A stretch of DNA of 64,000 nucleotides from NCBI GenBank assembly GCA_964635195.1, contig CAZWNC010000002.1, forward strand, positions 3,444 to 67,443, in the 5' to 3' direction. Source of the DNA: an uncultured Candidatus Saccharibacteria bacterium. Its GTDB lineage: Bacteria > Patescibacteriota > Minisyncoccia > Phycocordibacterales > UBA12088. Below are positions 1 through 10,427 of the stretch, piece by piece. Numbering within the stretch: position 1 is the first letter of the stretch; the number at the start of each line of letters is the position of its first letter. Both the position numbers and the translations under genes were made by a program. Below the pieces are notes generated by a model that was given only the letters and a program-made list of their open reading frames with translations, made no database searches and was not told the DNA's origin.

Positions 1-2
1 AA

Positions 3-416
3 AGGGATATCCAACCACCGAAGCAATACTTCACGCGCCTCGTGTTCCGTTAAAAAGCGGGCTCCGAGCGACAGTATGTTTGCATCATTATGTTCTCGCG
101 AAAGGCGTATCTCGTCTACGTCATTGAACACCGCTCCACGAGATTCTCCGTTGTACACCACCGCACGCACACCCGGAAAACGGTTCGCCACAATGGCCTC
201 ACCCTGACCCGAACCACCAAGGACGATGGCACGAGTTCCTGTCGGATCTTTGGAGACACGCTCTGCGGCGCGTGCAATGATGGCGGGATAATCGTCTTCA
301 GGCTCGTACACATAGGCACCCAAATCTGAAACGTCGTATGCAAGCGTACGCGCATACGCGACAAGCGCATTCTTTAACTCAAAACCCGCATGGTCGGAAG
401 CAAAAAGTAAATTCAT
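3..416 (-). CDS. rpiB: Ribose-5-phosphate isomerase B (RpiB/LacA/LacB family); 3' end runs off the window
   Basis: Translated by hand (not in the ORF track): MNLLFASDHAGFELK...DDYP...GGSGQGEAIVANRFPGVRA...REHNDANILSLGARF, the hallmark RpiB motifs; no stop before base 1. Confidence 0.92.
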   Translation of the reverse strand, partial: MNLLFASDHAGFELKNALVAYARTLAYDVSDLGAYVYEPEDDYPAIIARAAERVSKDPTGTRAIVLGGSGQGEAIVANRFPGVRAVVYNGESRGAVFNDVDEIRLSREHNDANILSLGARFLTEHEAREVLLRWLDIP

Positions 417-566
417 AGGATCTGACGGGGGTCGTGCACATACTCAAATCAGGAACAAGAGCTCGGACTTCACGCACCGGGAATGGTACGGCCTTTTTGA
501 AACAGCATCACATGCAGACATTTCACTTCTCGTGACTCGCTTCAACGCGAGATACCCGAGACCTGG

Positions 567-1604
567 CTACATCTTCTTCCCTACAGCACGAACATGCTCC
601 ACCAACGCACCGGTATACCCCATTTCGTTATCATACCATGCGCACACCTTCACAAGCGTACCATCGACAACACGAGTCATAGTGAGGTCTGCTATAGACG
701 CGACAGTACTTCCGACGATATCGCTGGACACGAGTTCTTCGCTCGATACCGTAAAGACCTTCGCCCATCGCACATCCTCTGCGGCAAGTCGTAAAATGCC
801 ATTCACCTCCTCAACCGACGTCGGTCGACGTGCGATGAAGGTGACGTCAGCGACCGATCCGGTGACTACGGGTACACGCATTGCAATACCGTCAAACTTG
901 CCTTTCAAGGCAGTCACCACTTCGGTGACTGCCTTTGCCGCACCGGTTGAGCTTGGCACGATGTTCTGCGCACCCGCACGCCCTCGTCGCCATTCGCTCG
1001 CGTCCGCCACATCAACGATCGCCTGCGTGGCCGTATAGGCATGAATGGTGTTGAGCATCGCCTTTTCAATACCGATCGTTTCTTGCAGTATCTCGATCAA
1101 TGGTGCCGCAGCGTTCGTAGTGCACGAACCGTTTGAGGTCAGCGTGCAACCCTCGAGCGCATCTTCGTTTATTCCCATAAGTACCGTCGCGGCTTTCCGT
1201 CCCACACTCGACGCATCTCCCTTTCCCGGCGCACTGAGCACTACGTGCTTGGCGCCGGCATCAAGATGTGCGCTTGCTTTGGCATAATCAGTAAACGCTC
1301 CGGAACACTCGACCACAATATCAACACCGAGGTCTCGCCACGGAAGCGCACTCGGACTCTTCTCTTTGTATACAGGAATTTCTTTTCCACCGACCACGAG
1401 TACGGTTCGCCAGTCTATCTTGCGTGTCGCAACTTCAAAAGACGCCTTGCCATATGCGGTATCGTATTTGAGGAGGTACGCAAGATTTTCAATCTCCCCG
1501 AGATCATTGATGGCCACCACCTCAATGTCGGCTTGCGACTGCACAACTCGAACAAATGCGCGACCTATGCGCCCGAACCCATTGATCGCAACTTTGATGG
1601 CCAT
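567..1604 (-). CDS. gap: Type I glyceraldehyde-3-phosphate dehydrogenase
   Basis: INGFGRIGR NAD-binding motif, catalytic SCTTN, GMAMRVP-like GIAMRVPV, C-terminal WYDNEMGY. Confidence 0.97.
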   Translation of the reverse strand: MAIKVAINGFGRIGRAFVRVVQSQADIEVVAINDLGEIENLAYLLKYDTAYGKASFEVATRKIDWRTVLVVGGKEIPVYKEKSPSALPWRDLGVDIVVECSGAFTDYAKASAHLDAGAKHVVLSAPGKGDASSVGRKAATVLMGINEDALEGCTLTSNGSCTTNAAAPLIEILQETIGIEKAMLNTIHAYTATQAIVDVADASEWRRGRAGAQNIVPSSTGAAKAVTEVVTALKGKFDGIAMRVPVVTGSVADVTFIARRPTSVEEVNGILRLAAEDVRWAKVFTVSSEELVSSDIVGSTVASIADLTMTRVVDGTLVKVCAWYDNEMGYTGALVEHVRAVGKKM

Positions 1605-1854
1605 ATGTGTTAAAACAATGAACGAATAAGTACTCCAAGTATACCAAACACCGTCCTTCCGACATAAGGCGGGTTATCCACGCCGCCGGTTGCGAAGAGT
1701 CGAGACATTTGCTACTATCACCGTAATGCTCCTCCTGAATACGATGTCGTGCGACATGCACGATCGTGTATCTCCGGAAGCTCGCAACAAACGATACTAA
1801 ATATTACACACGCGTGTGCATGCTCTGCGTGCCACGCACATAACACGAATTATC

Positions 1855-3876
1855 ATGCCTCAAGAACATGCGCGTTCTCATTCGCGCAGGACACCGCGTC
1901 GCGAACATACTCATATCCGAACGCTCGATGAACGACAAAGCGGAGCGCCCGCTTCGCAGCCGGTCTCACCGACAACGCAGCGCCCCGCACCGGGAACTAC
2001 CCCTGCGCGTAGAATACATACCGCGCGCCCACGTCGCGACACAGCTCCCGGGACCTCGCCACGAACACGCAACACCACGTCCCGAACACCTCAGCGAAGA
2101 ACGGAGACACTGCCCGCTCGCACCCGTTCTCGTTTGCCTGCACGTCGTAACCGAGATGCGGACTTACCGGCCTTGCAGGATGTTGTACCTATTCCACCCG
2201 TGCCCGAGAACGCGGTGCGCGTCATTCCTTTGGGTGGCGTTGAGGAGGTTGGCAAAAACATGGTCATTGTTGAAACACCGGAGGATATCATCATATCTGA
2301 TGTCGGTTTTCAATTCATTTCCGATGAGGAGCAACCCGGTGTCGACTACATACTTCCCAACACCAAGTACCTCGAAGATCGCACTGACAAAATTCGCGGC
2401 ATCATTATCACTCACGGACACCTCGATCACATAGGCGGTATTCCATTCATCATGGATCGCATCGGTAATCCTCCCATTTACTGCACCGAAGTGACCGCAC
2501 TGTTGATAAAAAAGCGCCAGGAGGAATTTCCAGACAAACCCGCACTCGATGTGCGCGTGGTTGAGCGTGAGGACAAAGTACTCATCGGTTCAACTCCGGT
2601 ACGCTTCTTCCCCGTCACTCACTCCATTTCCGATTCGTGTGGTGTTTCCATCGAAACAAAGTGGGGCAATGTCGTCATTTCGGGTGACTTGAAGCTCGAC
2701 CACGAAGACGGTATCCCGAGCTCGGGAGAACGTCGCGTATGGGGAGAGGTTGGCAAAGCAAACAACATCCTACTTTTTGCGGATAGCACCAATGCTGAAA
2801 AAGGCGGCTTCTCTATCCCCGAATCGGTAGTGCACCGAACCCTTGAGGAGATCATTACGAACGTCAAAGGTCGCGTCATCATTGGCACCTTCGCATCACA
2901 GTTCGAGCGACTGATTCATATCATTGCAGTGTGTGAACGACTCAATAAAAAAATCGTCACTGAGGGAAGGAGTATCAAGAATAACCTCGAGATCGCCAAA
3001 CTTGCAGGTAGGGTCAAAATTCGTCCCGACACAATCATACCTGCCGAAGAGATAGGTAGCTATCCCGCAGAGCGTATCGTTGTGCTCGCAACAGGCGCAC
3101 AAGGTGAAGAGTTCGCCGCACTCATGCGTATCGCAACCAAAAAGCATCGCACACTAACATTGAACGAACGCGACACAATCATTCTTTCAAGCTCGGTCAT
3201 ACCTGGAAACGAAATATCCGTACAGCGACTCAAAGATAACCTTTACCGTCATGGAGCACGCATCATCCACTACCGAGCGAGCGATGTCCACTCGACAGGC
3301 CATGGTAATACGGGTGAGCTCGTATGGATTCGCGAACAAGTGAAACCACGATTCTTCATGCCGGGGTACGGTTATCACTCCATGATCCGCTGCCACGCGC
3401 AAGCACACATTGACTCCGGCTTTCCAAAAGAGCATGTGTGCATTCCCGACAATGGCACTATCGTAGATTTCATCGAGGGTACCGAGATGGTTGTGCGAAA
3501 GGAAAAAGCGCCAAGCGGTCTTATGATGGTCGATGGCCTTTCGATTGGTGGCGTACAGGAAGTCGTCATACGAGATCGTCGTACCCTTGCCCAGGATGGT
3601 ATGTTCGTGATCATTGCGACCGTAAACGCCCGCACGGGTGAACTTCGAAAAAGTCCGGACATCATCTCACGTGGCTTCGTATACCTTCGTGAAAGTCAGG
3701 AACTTCTGGGAGAAGCACGCATCATTGTCAAAAAAGCGATATCAGACGCGACCAGAGGCACCAACCCAATCGATTTTGAGTATGTACGACGGAATATCGG
3801 CGACTCCGTATCTCGTTTCTTGTTGCAAAAAACGAACAAGCGACCGATAGTGATCCCTGTGGTTCTCGGGCTCTAA
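1855..3876 (+). CDS. rnj: Ribonuclease J with a ~100-aa Arg/Pro/Thr-rich N-terminal extension
   Basis: IPLGGVEEVGKNM, THGHLDHIGG metallo-beta-lactamase motif, GAQGE, HSTGHG, C-terminal KRPIVIPVV; start placed at first ATG (1855). Confidence 0.95.
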   Translation: MPQEHARSHSRRTPRREHTHIRTLDERQSGAPASQPVSPTTQRPAPGTTPARRIHTARPRRDTAPGTSPRTRNTTSRTPQRRTETLPARTRSRLPARRNRDADLPALQDVVPIPPVPENAVRVIPLGGVEEVGKNMVIVETPEDIIISDVGFQFISDEEQPGVDYILPNTKYLEDRTDKIRGIIITHGHLDHIGGIPFIMDRIGNPPIYCTEVTALLIKKRQEEFPDKPALDVRVVEREDKVLIGSTPVRFFPVTHSISDSCGVSIETKWGNVVISGDLKLDHEDGIPSSGERRVWGEVGKANNILLFADSTNAEKGGFSIPESVVHRTLEEIITNVKGRVIIGTFASQFERLIHIIAVCERLNKKIVTEGRSIKNNLEIAKLAGRVKIRPDTIIPAEEIGSYPAERIVVLATGAQGEEFAALMRIATKKHRTLTLNERDTIILSSSVIPGNEISVQRLKDNLYRHGARIIHYRASDVHSTGHGNTGELVWIREQVKPRFFMPGYGYHSMIRCHAQAHIDSGFPKEHVCIPDNGTIVDFIEGTEMVVRKEKAPSGLMMVDGLSIGGVQEVVIRDRRTLAQDGMFVIIATVNARTGELRKSPDIISRGFVYLRESQELLGEARIIVKKAISDATRGTNPIDFEYVRRNIGDSVSRFLLQKTNKRPIVIPVVLGL

Positions 3877-3973
3877 GTGACATTCAAAAAGCTGAAAGCG
3901 CGATGCGCCTGTGTACAAACAAACGTTTTGGAGATTGCACTTTCACGAGTACACACTACTCCCGCATAGATAA

Positions 3974-4011
3974 AAATTACAGTGCGAATACAAGTATTCG
4001 CACTGTAATTT
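3974..4011. repeat. Perfect 38-bp palindrome (18-bp arms, 2-nt loop); related copy at 40946-40981
   Basis: AAATTACAGTGCGAATAC-AA-GTATTCGCACTGTAATTT in the rnj-corA spacer. Confidence 0.9.
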
Positions 4012-4128
4012 ATGTGCGCTGCTACGTGCATTTGAAGTACATCACAGCATCCACAGGCAAACAGACGCGTCACCGACACCATATCACCCCTCTTTCCCCT
4101 TACACCTCTTCGTGGTACAACGTACACA

Positions 4129-5049
4129 ATGATTACTTACTACTTCCGTTCAATAAAGGAAGACTCGTTGCAAAAGATAGACAGCCTGCGCCCCGGAACG
4201 TGGGTGCATGCTGAAAACCCCACCCCCGAAGAACTTGATCTGCTGGTCGAGCGGTGTGGCATCGAGCGAGACCTCCTGCAAGATGCGATGGATCTTCATG
4301 AAGTACCCCGCTTTGAAACGTGGGAACAAGTCTCCTACTTCTACATTCGTTTCCCGCACGAAACGCAGAGCGACCTCGGCACCGTTCCCATACTGCTTGC
4401 AGTCACACCCCAAGCGGTGGTCACAGTCGCGCGCGCGCACCCTGCCTTCTTGAACGATTACATCAACAACAAGAAGCCGCTCTTCACCACCCAACGCACC
4501 AAACTCTTCCTGCATCTCGTTGAGGCAATCAATACCGCCTATCGCAGAAAACTGATCGAGATACGTCGTGAAGTGCAACGCAATCGCGTGAATCTCAATC
4601 GTATTAGAAATACAGATATCGCAAAGCTTGTCGCGCTCGAAACGACACTCAATGACTTCCTCAGTGCGCTCACTCCCACGTATGCCGCACTCCGCACCAT
4701 TCTCTCAGGAAAACACCTTGAACTCTACGAAGATGACCAAGACCTCGTTGAGGATATTCAGCTCGAAAATCAGCAAATCGTAGAGAGTGCAAAAGCGAAT
4801 CTCAAAACCATCCAAAACATTCGCAGCAGCTACACGGCAATCGTCACAAATAACCTGAACTCGGTCATTAAATTACTGACGTCTCTCACAATTATCATCA
4901 CGATTCCCACCATCATCGGGTCTTTCTTCGGCATGAACGTCACTCTTCCATTCGGGGATTACCCGCACGCCTTTGCACTCATCACGATTACCGCCATCAC
5001 AAGTATGGCGGGTGCGGCTTTTCTATTCAGAAAACGAGATTGGCTCTAA
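4129..5049 (+). CDS. corA: CorA family Mg2+ transporter
   Basis: C-terminal two TM helices with FFGMNV signature; NNLNSVIKLLTSLT stalk helix. Confidence 0.92.
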   Translation: MITYYFRSIKEDSLQKIDSLRPGTWVHAENPTPEELDLLVERCGIERDLLQDAMDLHEVPRFETWEQVSYFYIRFPHETQSDLGTVPILLAVTPQAVVTVARAHPAFLNDYINNKKPLFTTQRTKLFLHLVEAINTAYRRKLIEIRREVQRNRVNLNRIRNTDIAKLVALETTLNDFLSALTPTYAALRTILSGKHLELYEDDQDLVEDIQLENQQIVESAKANLKTIQNIRSSYTAIVTNNLNSVIKLLTSLTIIITIPTIIGSFFGMNVTLPFGDYPHAFALITITAITSMAGAAFLFRKRDWL

Positions 5050-5152
5050 CAATATTGTCTTGCGCACCTCCTCGTGGATATAAAGACAGCAAACGGCACG
5101 CTGTGTATACCTCAGTTCGCACTTTCATGCCACACCACGTATACTTGCACGC

Positions 5153-6334
5153 ATGGAGTTCATTTTGCACCAAGTGCACAAGGTACGCGCATTCGGATGG
5201 TTGTACCTTGCCAACCTCATGGTCGGCTTCCACTTCTACTCAGTCCAATTCATTCACTCAAACTTTCTTTCAACCTTCCTTGACACCACTTCGGTAGGAT
5301 TGCTCTACACAGTCGCATCAGCCCTCGGACTTCTCCTAGTTGGATCCGCGGGAGTGTTCCTTTCCATTCTTGGTAATGTTCGTACCGCGTTTATTTTCTC
5401 CGCACTTGATCTCTGCGCGATGCTGGTGCTTGCTACGGCCACAAGCCCGGCACTACTTGTAGTCGCATTTTGCCTACACACCTGCCTGGTACCGGTCGTA
5501 CTCTTTACACTTGACGTCTTCTTAGAACAAAAGACCACTGAAGAATCCACGACCGGGAACGTGCGTGGCCTATTCCTCTCGGTAGCAACCATCGCCGCAC
5601 TATTCGCACCAATGATTGCAGGATACCTTGCAGGCGAAGAGGGTGTGTATGCACATGTCTACCTTTTCAGTGCAATCTTCCTACTGCCACTCCTCTGTAT
5701 ACTCGGATTTCAACTTCGCTCCTTCACCGATCCACCCTATCGCATCTTCTCACCGATACGTACATTGCGTGCTGCCATACGAAACCCTGACATCTTACGC
5801 ATTGCAAGTGCCCAATTTTTAATGCGATTCTTTTTTGCATGGAATGTCATCTTTCTACCGGTCTACCTCCATACACAGATTGGATTTACCCTCCCTGAAA
5901 TAGGTACGGTACTTTTTATCATGTTACTTCCATACGTCTTTGTGGAACTTCCCGCAGGAATCATTGCTGATACGTGGCTTGGCGAAAAGGAGCTTTTGTT
6001 TGCAGGCTTCATTTTTGTCATTACAGGCACCGTAGGTATGTACTTTGTCACCACACCAAATGTTGCTCTGTGGGGCGGTGTCCTCTTCATATCTCGCATC
6101 GGTCTTGCACTCATTGAAAGCATGACCGAGACCTACTTCTTCAAAAAAATACGAAGTCGCGACACGGATTTACTTGCGCTCTTTCGCATACTTCGCCCAC
6201 TTGCGTACACCGTAGGACCGGTCATCGCAACCGGCATCCTTATGTTGACCGACCTCCGCCACCTCTGGCTCGTTCTTGCGGCTATTATGCTCATCGGCAT
6301 ATACCAAACGGCACGCCTCATCGACACAAAATGA
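5153..6334 (+). CDS. MFS transporter
   Basis: 393 aa, about 12 hydrophobic segments, motif-A-like GIIADTWLGEK. Confidence 0.85.
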   Translation: MEFILHQVHKVRAFGWLYLANLMVGFHFYSVQFIHSNFLSTFLDTTSVGLLYTVASALGLLLVGSAGVFLSILGNVRTAFIFSALDLCAMLVLATATSPALLVVAFCLHTCLVPVVLFTLDVFLEQKTTEESTTGNVRGLFLSVATIAALFAPMIAGYLAGEEGVYAHVYLFSAIFLLPLLCILGFQLRSFTDPPYRIFSPIRTLRAAIRNPDILRIASAQFLMRFFFAWNVIFLPVYLHTQIGFTLPEIGTVLFIMLLPYVFVELPAGIIADTWLGEKELLFAGFIFVITGTVGMYFVTTPNVALWGGVLFISRIGLALIESMTETYFFKKIRSRDTDLLALFRILRPLAYTVGPVIATGILMLTDLRHLWLVLAAIMLIGIYQTARLIDTK

Positions 6335-6393
6335 GCGCGCTACCAACTTGTTCAACGTAAGGACATTCTCTCATGGGGAGTCCCGTATCTGGT

Positions 6394-8118
6394 TTATCGA
6401 TCCGGAGGTATCTCGTAGTAGCTGATGAGGAAATCTACCAACTCCATAAATGGATTGGTGAGTGTTTCGCTTGCATACTCCGCACCCTGCGGCTCCGTGT
6501 GGAACAAAAAGATTAAGAATTTCGGATCATACGCCGGAAAGTACCCGAAGAACGAATGCAGGTAACGATCGTCGTAATATCCCCGCTCGCCATCTTTCGC
6601 CATTTGTGCCGTACCCGTTTTTGCCGCAATCGCGTAGTGCTCCTTCTTCACTGCACCGCCACGCAATGCTTCGTCAACGACATGTACAAGCATGCGGGTA
6701 ATATCTTCAGACGTCTTTTCGCTGAACACCTGCTCACGCTCATCAAGGGACACATTACCCACCCCACCCCGTTCGTAGTCTATCGACTGCACAAGGTGTG
6801 GGGTCACCAAGTACCCGCCGTTACCTAGTGCACAGAGTGCACGTGCCGTGGCTATGGGAGTGAGTGCAATACCCTGTCCGAATGCCGCAGTCGCATACTC
6901 AACCTCACGCGGACTTGTGAGGTTTGTTATCAATCCATGCGCCTCAAAAGGAAGATCAATACCGGTCTCTTCACCAAAACCAAGCTCCCGCATTCGCTCA
7001 CCCAATACTTTTCCACCCACACGCTTAGCAACATTTGCCATACCCACATTCAACGACTGATTGAGCACTTCTTGCATCGACACAACCCCGCGTGCACGAC
7101 CATCATAGTTGCGTATCGTATATCCATCGATCGTAATACTCCCGGTGTCATCATAGGTAGTCTCGGGTCGCACAGCTCCCTCATCGAGACCGATTGCCAT
7201 TGCAAGTGGTTTTATGATTGAACCCATTTCATACACATCTTCAACGAGTGGATTTTGGAATGCGCGCAGGTCTTTCTGTTCCGCATACGCGTTCAAGTCG
7301 TAAGAAGGTAGTGCTGCAAGTGCAATAACATCGCCTGTCTTTGGGTCAAGTACGATGCCTGCCAACTGCTTACTCTGCCACTCTTTTTGTGTGAACACAA
7401 GCGCATCTTCGAGCGCTCGTTGCACCGCCGGTTCAATCGATGTCACAACGTCCCCCTCTCGACTCAAACCCTCTTCTTTTGGATGCATAACATCCGCCAC
7501 ATTTGCAAACAGTTCCGCAAAGAAATTTACGTACAGTGCTTGGTCTTTACGCTGCAATACTGAGTCCCAGTACCGCTCGACACCATACAAACCACGTCGC
7601 TCGTGTCCATCCGGACCGTAGCCGACGAAACCCAGTGCGTGGGCTGCAAGTGATGCACCGGGATAGACACGCCACTGATCTCGATATACCGCAACACCCG
7701 GAATAGCAAGTGATTTTACGCGTTCACCGACTTCCCGACTCAACCGATATGCCACTTCTTCGTAGGGATCATCTTTTTTTGCCGCGTGCTCCAAAAAAAC
7801 CTCTTTATCGATATCTAGCACGGCCTTGAGTGAGTCGTAGGCTTGTGCAGTATCTTCAAGCTGCGGAGGGTGCAATGCCAACATAAATCCGGACACGACT
7901 GTTGCTGCTGCCACATGACTACCATCACGCTGGGTCAAGTACACATTTCCTCTATCAAAAATGTTTGAGGAGGTTCGGACATACTGCTGTGTCGCCGCCT
8001 CTCGATAGTCGGCACCATGCACCACTTGCAGTTGGTATAAACGCCACACCAAAAGCAAAAACAATACCAGGATGCCGGCAAACAGTAGTTGTATTCTGAA
8101 CTGCACTTTAGCACGCAT
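6394..8118 (-). CDS. ftsI: Class B penicillin-binding protein (FtsI/PBP2-type transpeptidase)
   Basis: N-terminal TM, RG.I dimerisation domain, EMGSIIKP (SxxK), SLN (SxN), KTGTAQ; downstream of mraZ-rsmH. Confidence 0.88.
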   Translation of the reverse strand: MRAKVQFRIQLLFAGILVLFLLLVWRLYQLQVVHGADYREAATQQYVRTSSNIFDRGNVYLTQRDGSHVAAATVVSGFMLALHPPQLEDTAQAYDSLKAVLDIDKEVFLEHAAKKDDPYEEVAYRLSREVGERVKSLAIPGVAVYRDQWRVYPGASLAAHALGFVGYGPDGHERRGLYGVERYWDSVLQRKDQALYVNFFAELFANVADVMHPKEEGLSREGDVVTSIEPAVQRALEDALVFTQKEWQSKQLAGIVLDPKTGDVIALAALPSYDLNAYAEQKDLRAFQNPLVEDVYEMGSIIKPLAMAIGLDEGAVRPETTYDDTGSITIDGYTIRNYDGRARGVVSMQEVLNQSLNVGMANVAKRVGGKVLGERMRELGFGEETGIDLPFEAHGLITNLTSPREVEYATAAFGQGIALTPIATARALCALGNGGYLVTPHLVQSIDYERGGVGNVSLDEREQVFSEKTSEDITRMLVHVVDEALRGGAVKKEHYAIAAKTGTAQMAKDGERGYYDDRYLHSFFGYFPAYDPKFLIFLFHTEPQGAEYASETLTNPFMELVDFLISYYEIPPDR

Positions 8119-8174
8119 ATTCTTCTAAAAAATGTGACTCACGTAAGGTGTGTGCAGCAACAAACGCAAAAAGA

Positions 8175-8507
8175 CTAATCGACACGAGTCAAAGTGTTTT
8201 CCGCATCACCTACTGCCACGTACCCGGTCGAACGTACAGGCACCAGACCCATGTCAGTCGCGAGATCCTCCGACAGCAATGCAATCTTGGCGAGGTACTG
8301 TGTTTCAAGCTCACTTATCTTTGACTGTTCTTCATGCACAACAAGAGAAAGTTCCTCACGCAGCACCACGTGTGTAACGGAGAGGACTAGCAAATACGCA
8401 TACGCCGCAATCGAAACGGCGAGAAGGCACCACAACATGACTCGCATGATGCGAAATAACGGTATTCTACCAAGCAGTAGCGTAACGAACGGATGTACGT
8501 GGGTCAT
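8175..8507 (-). CDS. Small bitopic coiled-coil protein, probable divergent FtsL
   Basis: One TM followed by a coiled coil and A..MGL motif; sits at the ftsL position between rsmH and ftsI. Confidence 0.6.
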   Translation of the reverse strand: MTHVHPFVTLLLGRIPLFRIMRVMLWCLLAVSIAAYAYLLVLSVTHVVLREELSLVVHEEQSKISELETQYLAKIALLSEDLATDMGLVPVRSTGYVAVGDAENTLTRVD

Positions 8508-8550
8508 AATCTAGGGGGCTAGATGTTAATAATATTTTTATGTCAAATCA

Positions 8551-9462
8551 TCAATCGGGTGCTTTTTTCTCAAAACAGCGTAACTTCGCGCTTCGTGCCC
8601 GAGGATTGGCGAGCACTTCAGAACGGTCAGCCACTGTCGGCTTTTTGGTCATGATTGCACCCTTTCCTTCCGCTTGCCATGCACGAAAAGTGCGCTTGAC
8701 TGCACCGTCCTCTAAGCTGTGGAATGATATCACCGCAACCCTACCTCCTTCAGAGAGCAAATTGTACGCATGAGCAAGTCCGGCTTCTAACGAGCCGAGT
8801 TCATCATTTACCGCCATGCGAATTGCCTGAAATGTTTTTGTTGCAGGATGAACTTTACTACGAAAGCGTCCATACGTACCCGACACCAGCTCTGCAAGTT
8901 GCGCGGTTGTGTCAATAGGGGCGATCTCGCGCGCGTCCACAATGGCTTTTGCAATCTTTCGTGCACGCGTCTCACCGCCAAAACCATATATGATGTCGGC
9001 GAGTGACATTTCACTCCACTCGTTTACCACGTGCCATGCAGTGAGTGTCTCCGATTCAGGCGATGCATCGAGCGTCATGATGAGCGGTTCATCACGAGTG
9101 AAGCTAAACCCCCGGCCCTCCGCGTCAAGCTGATCTGATGAAAGTCCGAGATCAAACAGAATACGATCGGCGGTTGATACACCCGCAGCCCGCACCAGCG
9201 ACTCAAGAGAACGAAAGTTGCCGACAACGGTAGTAAGTCGCGCGTCGTTTCCAAGACGGGTTCGCACGCGTTCAATCGCATGCAGGTCTGTATCGACGCC
9301 AACATATCGACCGCTCGACCCGAGACGTGCGAGCAAAGCCTCCGCATGCCCGCCACCGCCAAGCGTGCAGTCAACCACACACTGCCCTGCTTCAAGGGCA
9401 AGCACATCAATGACTTGTTGTAAAAGAACAGGTACGTGAATCGTTGTGCGTTGCTGTTCCAT
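8551..9462 (-). CDS. rsmH: 16S rRNA C1402 N4-methyltransferase RsmH
   Basis: HVPVLL, DCTLGGGGHA, DLGLSSDQL, RGFSF, HPATKTFQAIRMAVNDEL, NPRARSAKLR. Confidence 0.97.
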   Translation of the reverse strand: MEQQRTTIHVPVLLQQVIDVLALEAGQCVVDCTLGGGGHAEALLARLGSSGRYVGVDTDLHAIERVRTRLGNDARLTTVVGNFRSLESLVRAAGVSTADRILFDLGLSSDQLDAEGRGFSFTRDEPLIMTLDASPESETLTAWHVVNEWSEMSLADIIYGFGGETRARKIAKAIVDAREIAPIDTTAQLAELVSGTYGRFRSKVHPATKTFQAIRMAVNDELGSLEAGLAHAYNLLSEGGRVAVISFHSLEDGAVKRTFRAWQAEGKGAIMTKKPTVADRSEVLANPRARSAKLRCFEKKAPD

Positions 9463-9466
9463 GGTC

Positions 9467-9901
9467 CTATATGACACCTATCTCACCGAGCTTTTCCGCA
9501 ACACGATCGGCTTCTTTTTCGACCGAAGTACGGTAGCTGTCCCACACTTCCTCATTCCACATTTCACATCGGTCATTCACCCCAATGAGGACGGTGTTTC
9601 CGGTAAGTCCCGCATGTTCCGCTAATTCGGATGGAACCAATATCCGACCAAGCTGATCCACGTCTATCTCCGATGCACCTGCAAAGAAGTATCGTCCGAA
9701 CGCACGAGAATCGGCCTGCCCCATAGAGAGCTGGCTCAATTTCTCGACAATAGTCTGCCACTGCGTCGTGCTAAAGACGAAGAGACATGTGTCGAGCCCG
9801 CGCGTGATGACGAGAGACTTGCCGAGTGCTCGGCGAAACTTGGCTGGCAACGCGATCCTCCGCTTCTCATCGATTTTGTGACGAAATTCTCCGATGAGCA
9901 T
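9467..9901 (-). CDS. mraZ: Transcriptional regulator MraZ
   Basis: Two AbrB-like repeats (IDEKRRIALPAKFR; DVDQLGRILVP), GVNDRCEMW; first gene of the dcw cluster. Confidence 0.96.
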   Translation of the reverse strand: MLIGEFRHKIDEKRRIALPAKFRRALGKSLVITRGLDTCLFVFSTTQWQTIVEKLSQLSMGQADSRAFGRYFFAGASEIDVDQLGRILVPSELAEHAGLTGNTVLIGVNDRCEMWNEEVWDSYRTSVEKEADRVAEKLGEIGVI

Positions 9902-9933
9902 ACGATGGATCAGCAGTACTTGGTGATTCTGCT

Positions 9934-9974
9934 AATCTACCACTTCGCACCACTTACTAACACTATACTCCACT
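9934..9974 (-). promoter_or_regulatory. mraZ promoter: extended -10 (TGgTAGATT) overlapped by four MraZ-binding repeats
   Basis: + strand CCACT/CCACT/ACACT/CCACT at 9940, 9950, 9960, 9970 (exact 10-bp period; AGTGG on the sense strand), matching the known GTGG-N6 MraZ operator architecture. Confidence 0.8.
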
Positions 9975-9995
9975 CGAATACCATCACATACACCG

Positions 9996-10004
9996 TTATC
10001 CACA
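9996..10004 (+). promoter_or_regulatory. Perfect DnaA box TTATCCACA
   Basis: Exact consensus match upstream of mraZ. Confidence 0.65.
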
Positions 10005-10127
10005 GTACTGCGCGGGTCGCTGCGCCTATGACCGCTTACGCAACGACCCTAGGTGGGCACTGAACGGTTGCGCCACACAGACGCCACCTGTACACTCCCC
10101 AATAGATTCCAAAGACAGGAGAACATC

Positions 10128-10343
10128 ATGATCGACGGCATAACACTCATCACACTCGGTCTAGTACTCTTTGCGCTCGGCACGTTCATACTCGGCTGTT
10201 TGCGTTGCATCGGCTACGCACCAAAGCATATGTTGCAATACGTAGACCGAGCTGCGATAGTGCGCTATGCATTACGGTATAGTCGTAACTACAGCATTCT
10301 TATGCTGTGTATCGTCATTGCTCTCATACCGTTTTGCATATAA
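10128..10343 (+). CDS. Small two-TM membrane protein, hypothetical
   Basis: ATG at 10128 preceded by AGGAG; two hydrophobic stretches. Confidence 0.5.
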   Translation: MIDGITLITLGLVLFALGTFILGCLRCIGYAPKHMLQYVDRAAIVRYALRYSRNYSILMLCIVIALIPFCI

Positions 10344-10427
10344 CAACCGCCCGGCATTTTGCCGGGCTTTTCCGTTCGTACACACACCATCTTGCGTCTT
10401 ACCCTGTTTGGTCGCATAGTAGTCAGT

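Noticed and set aside
9996-10004. DnaA boxes as a replication origin
   Set aside because: The boxes are single and dispersed; no cluster, AT-rich unwinding element or dnaA/dnaN nearby.
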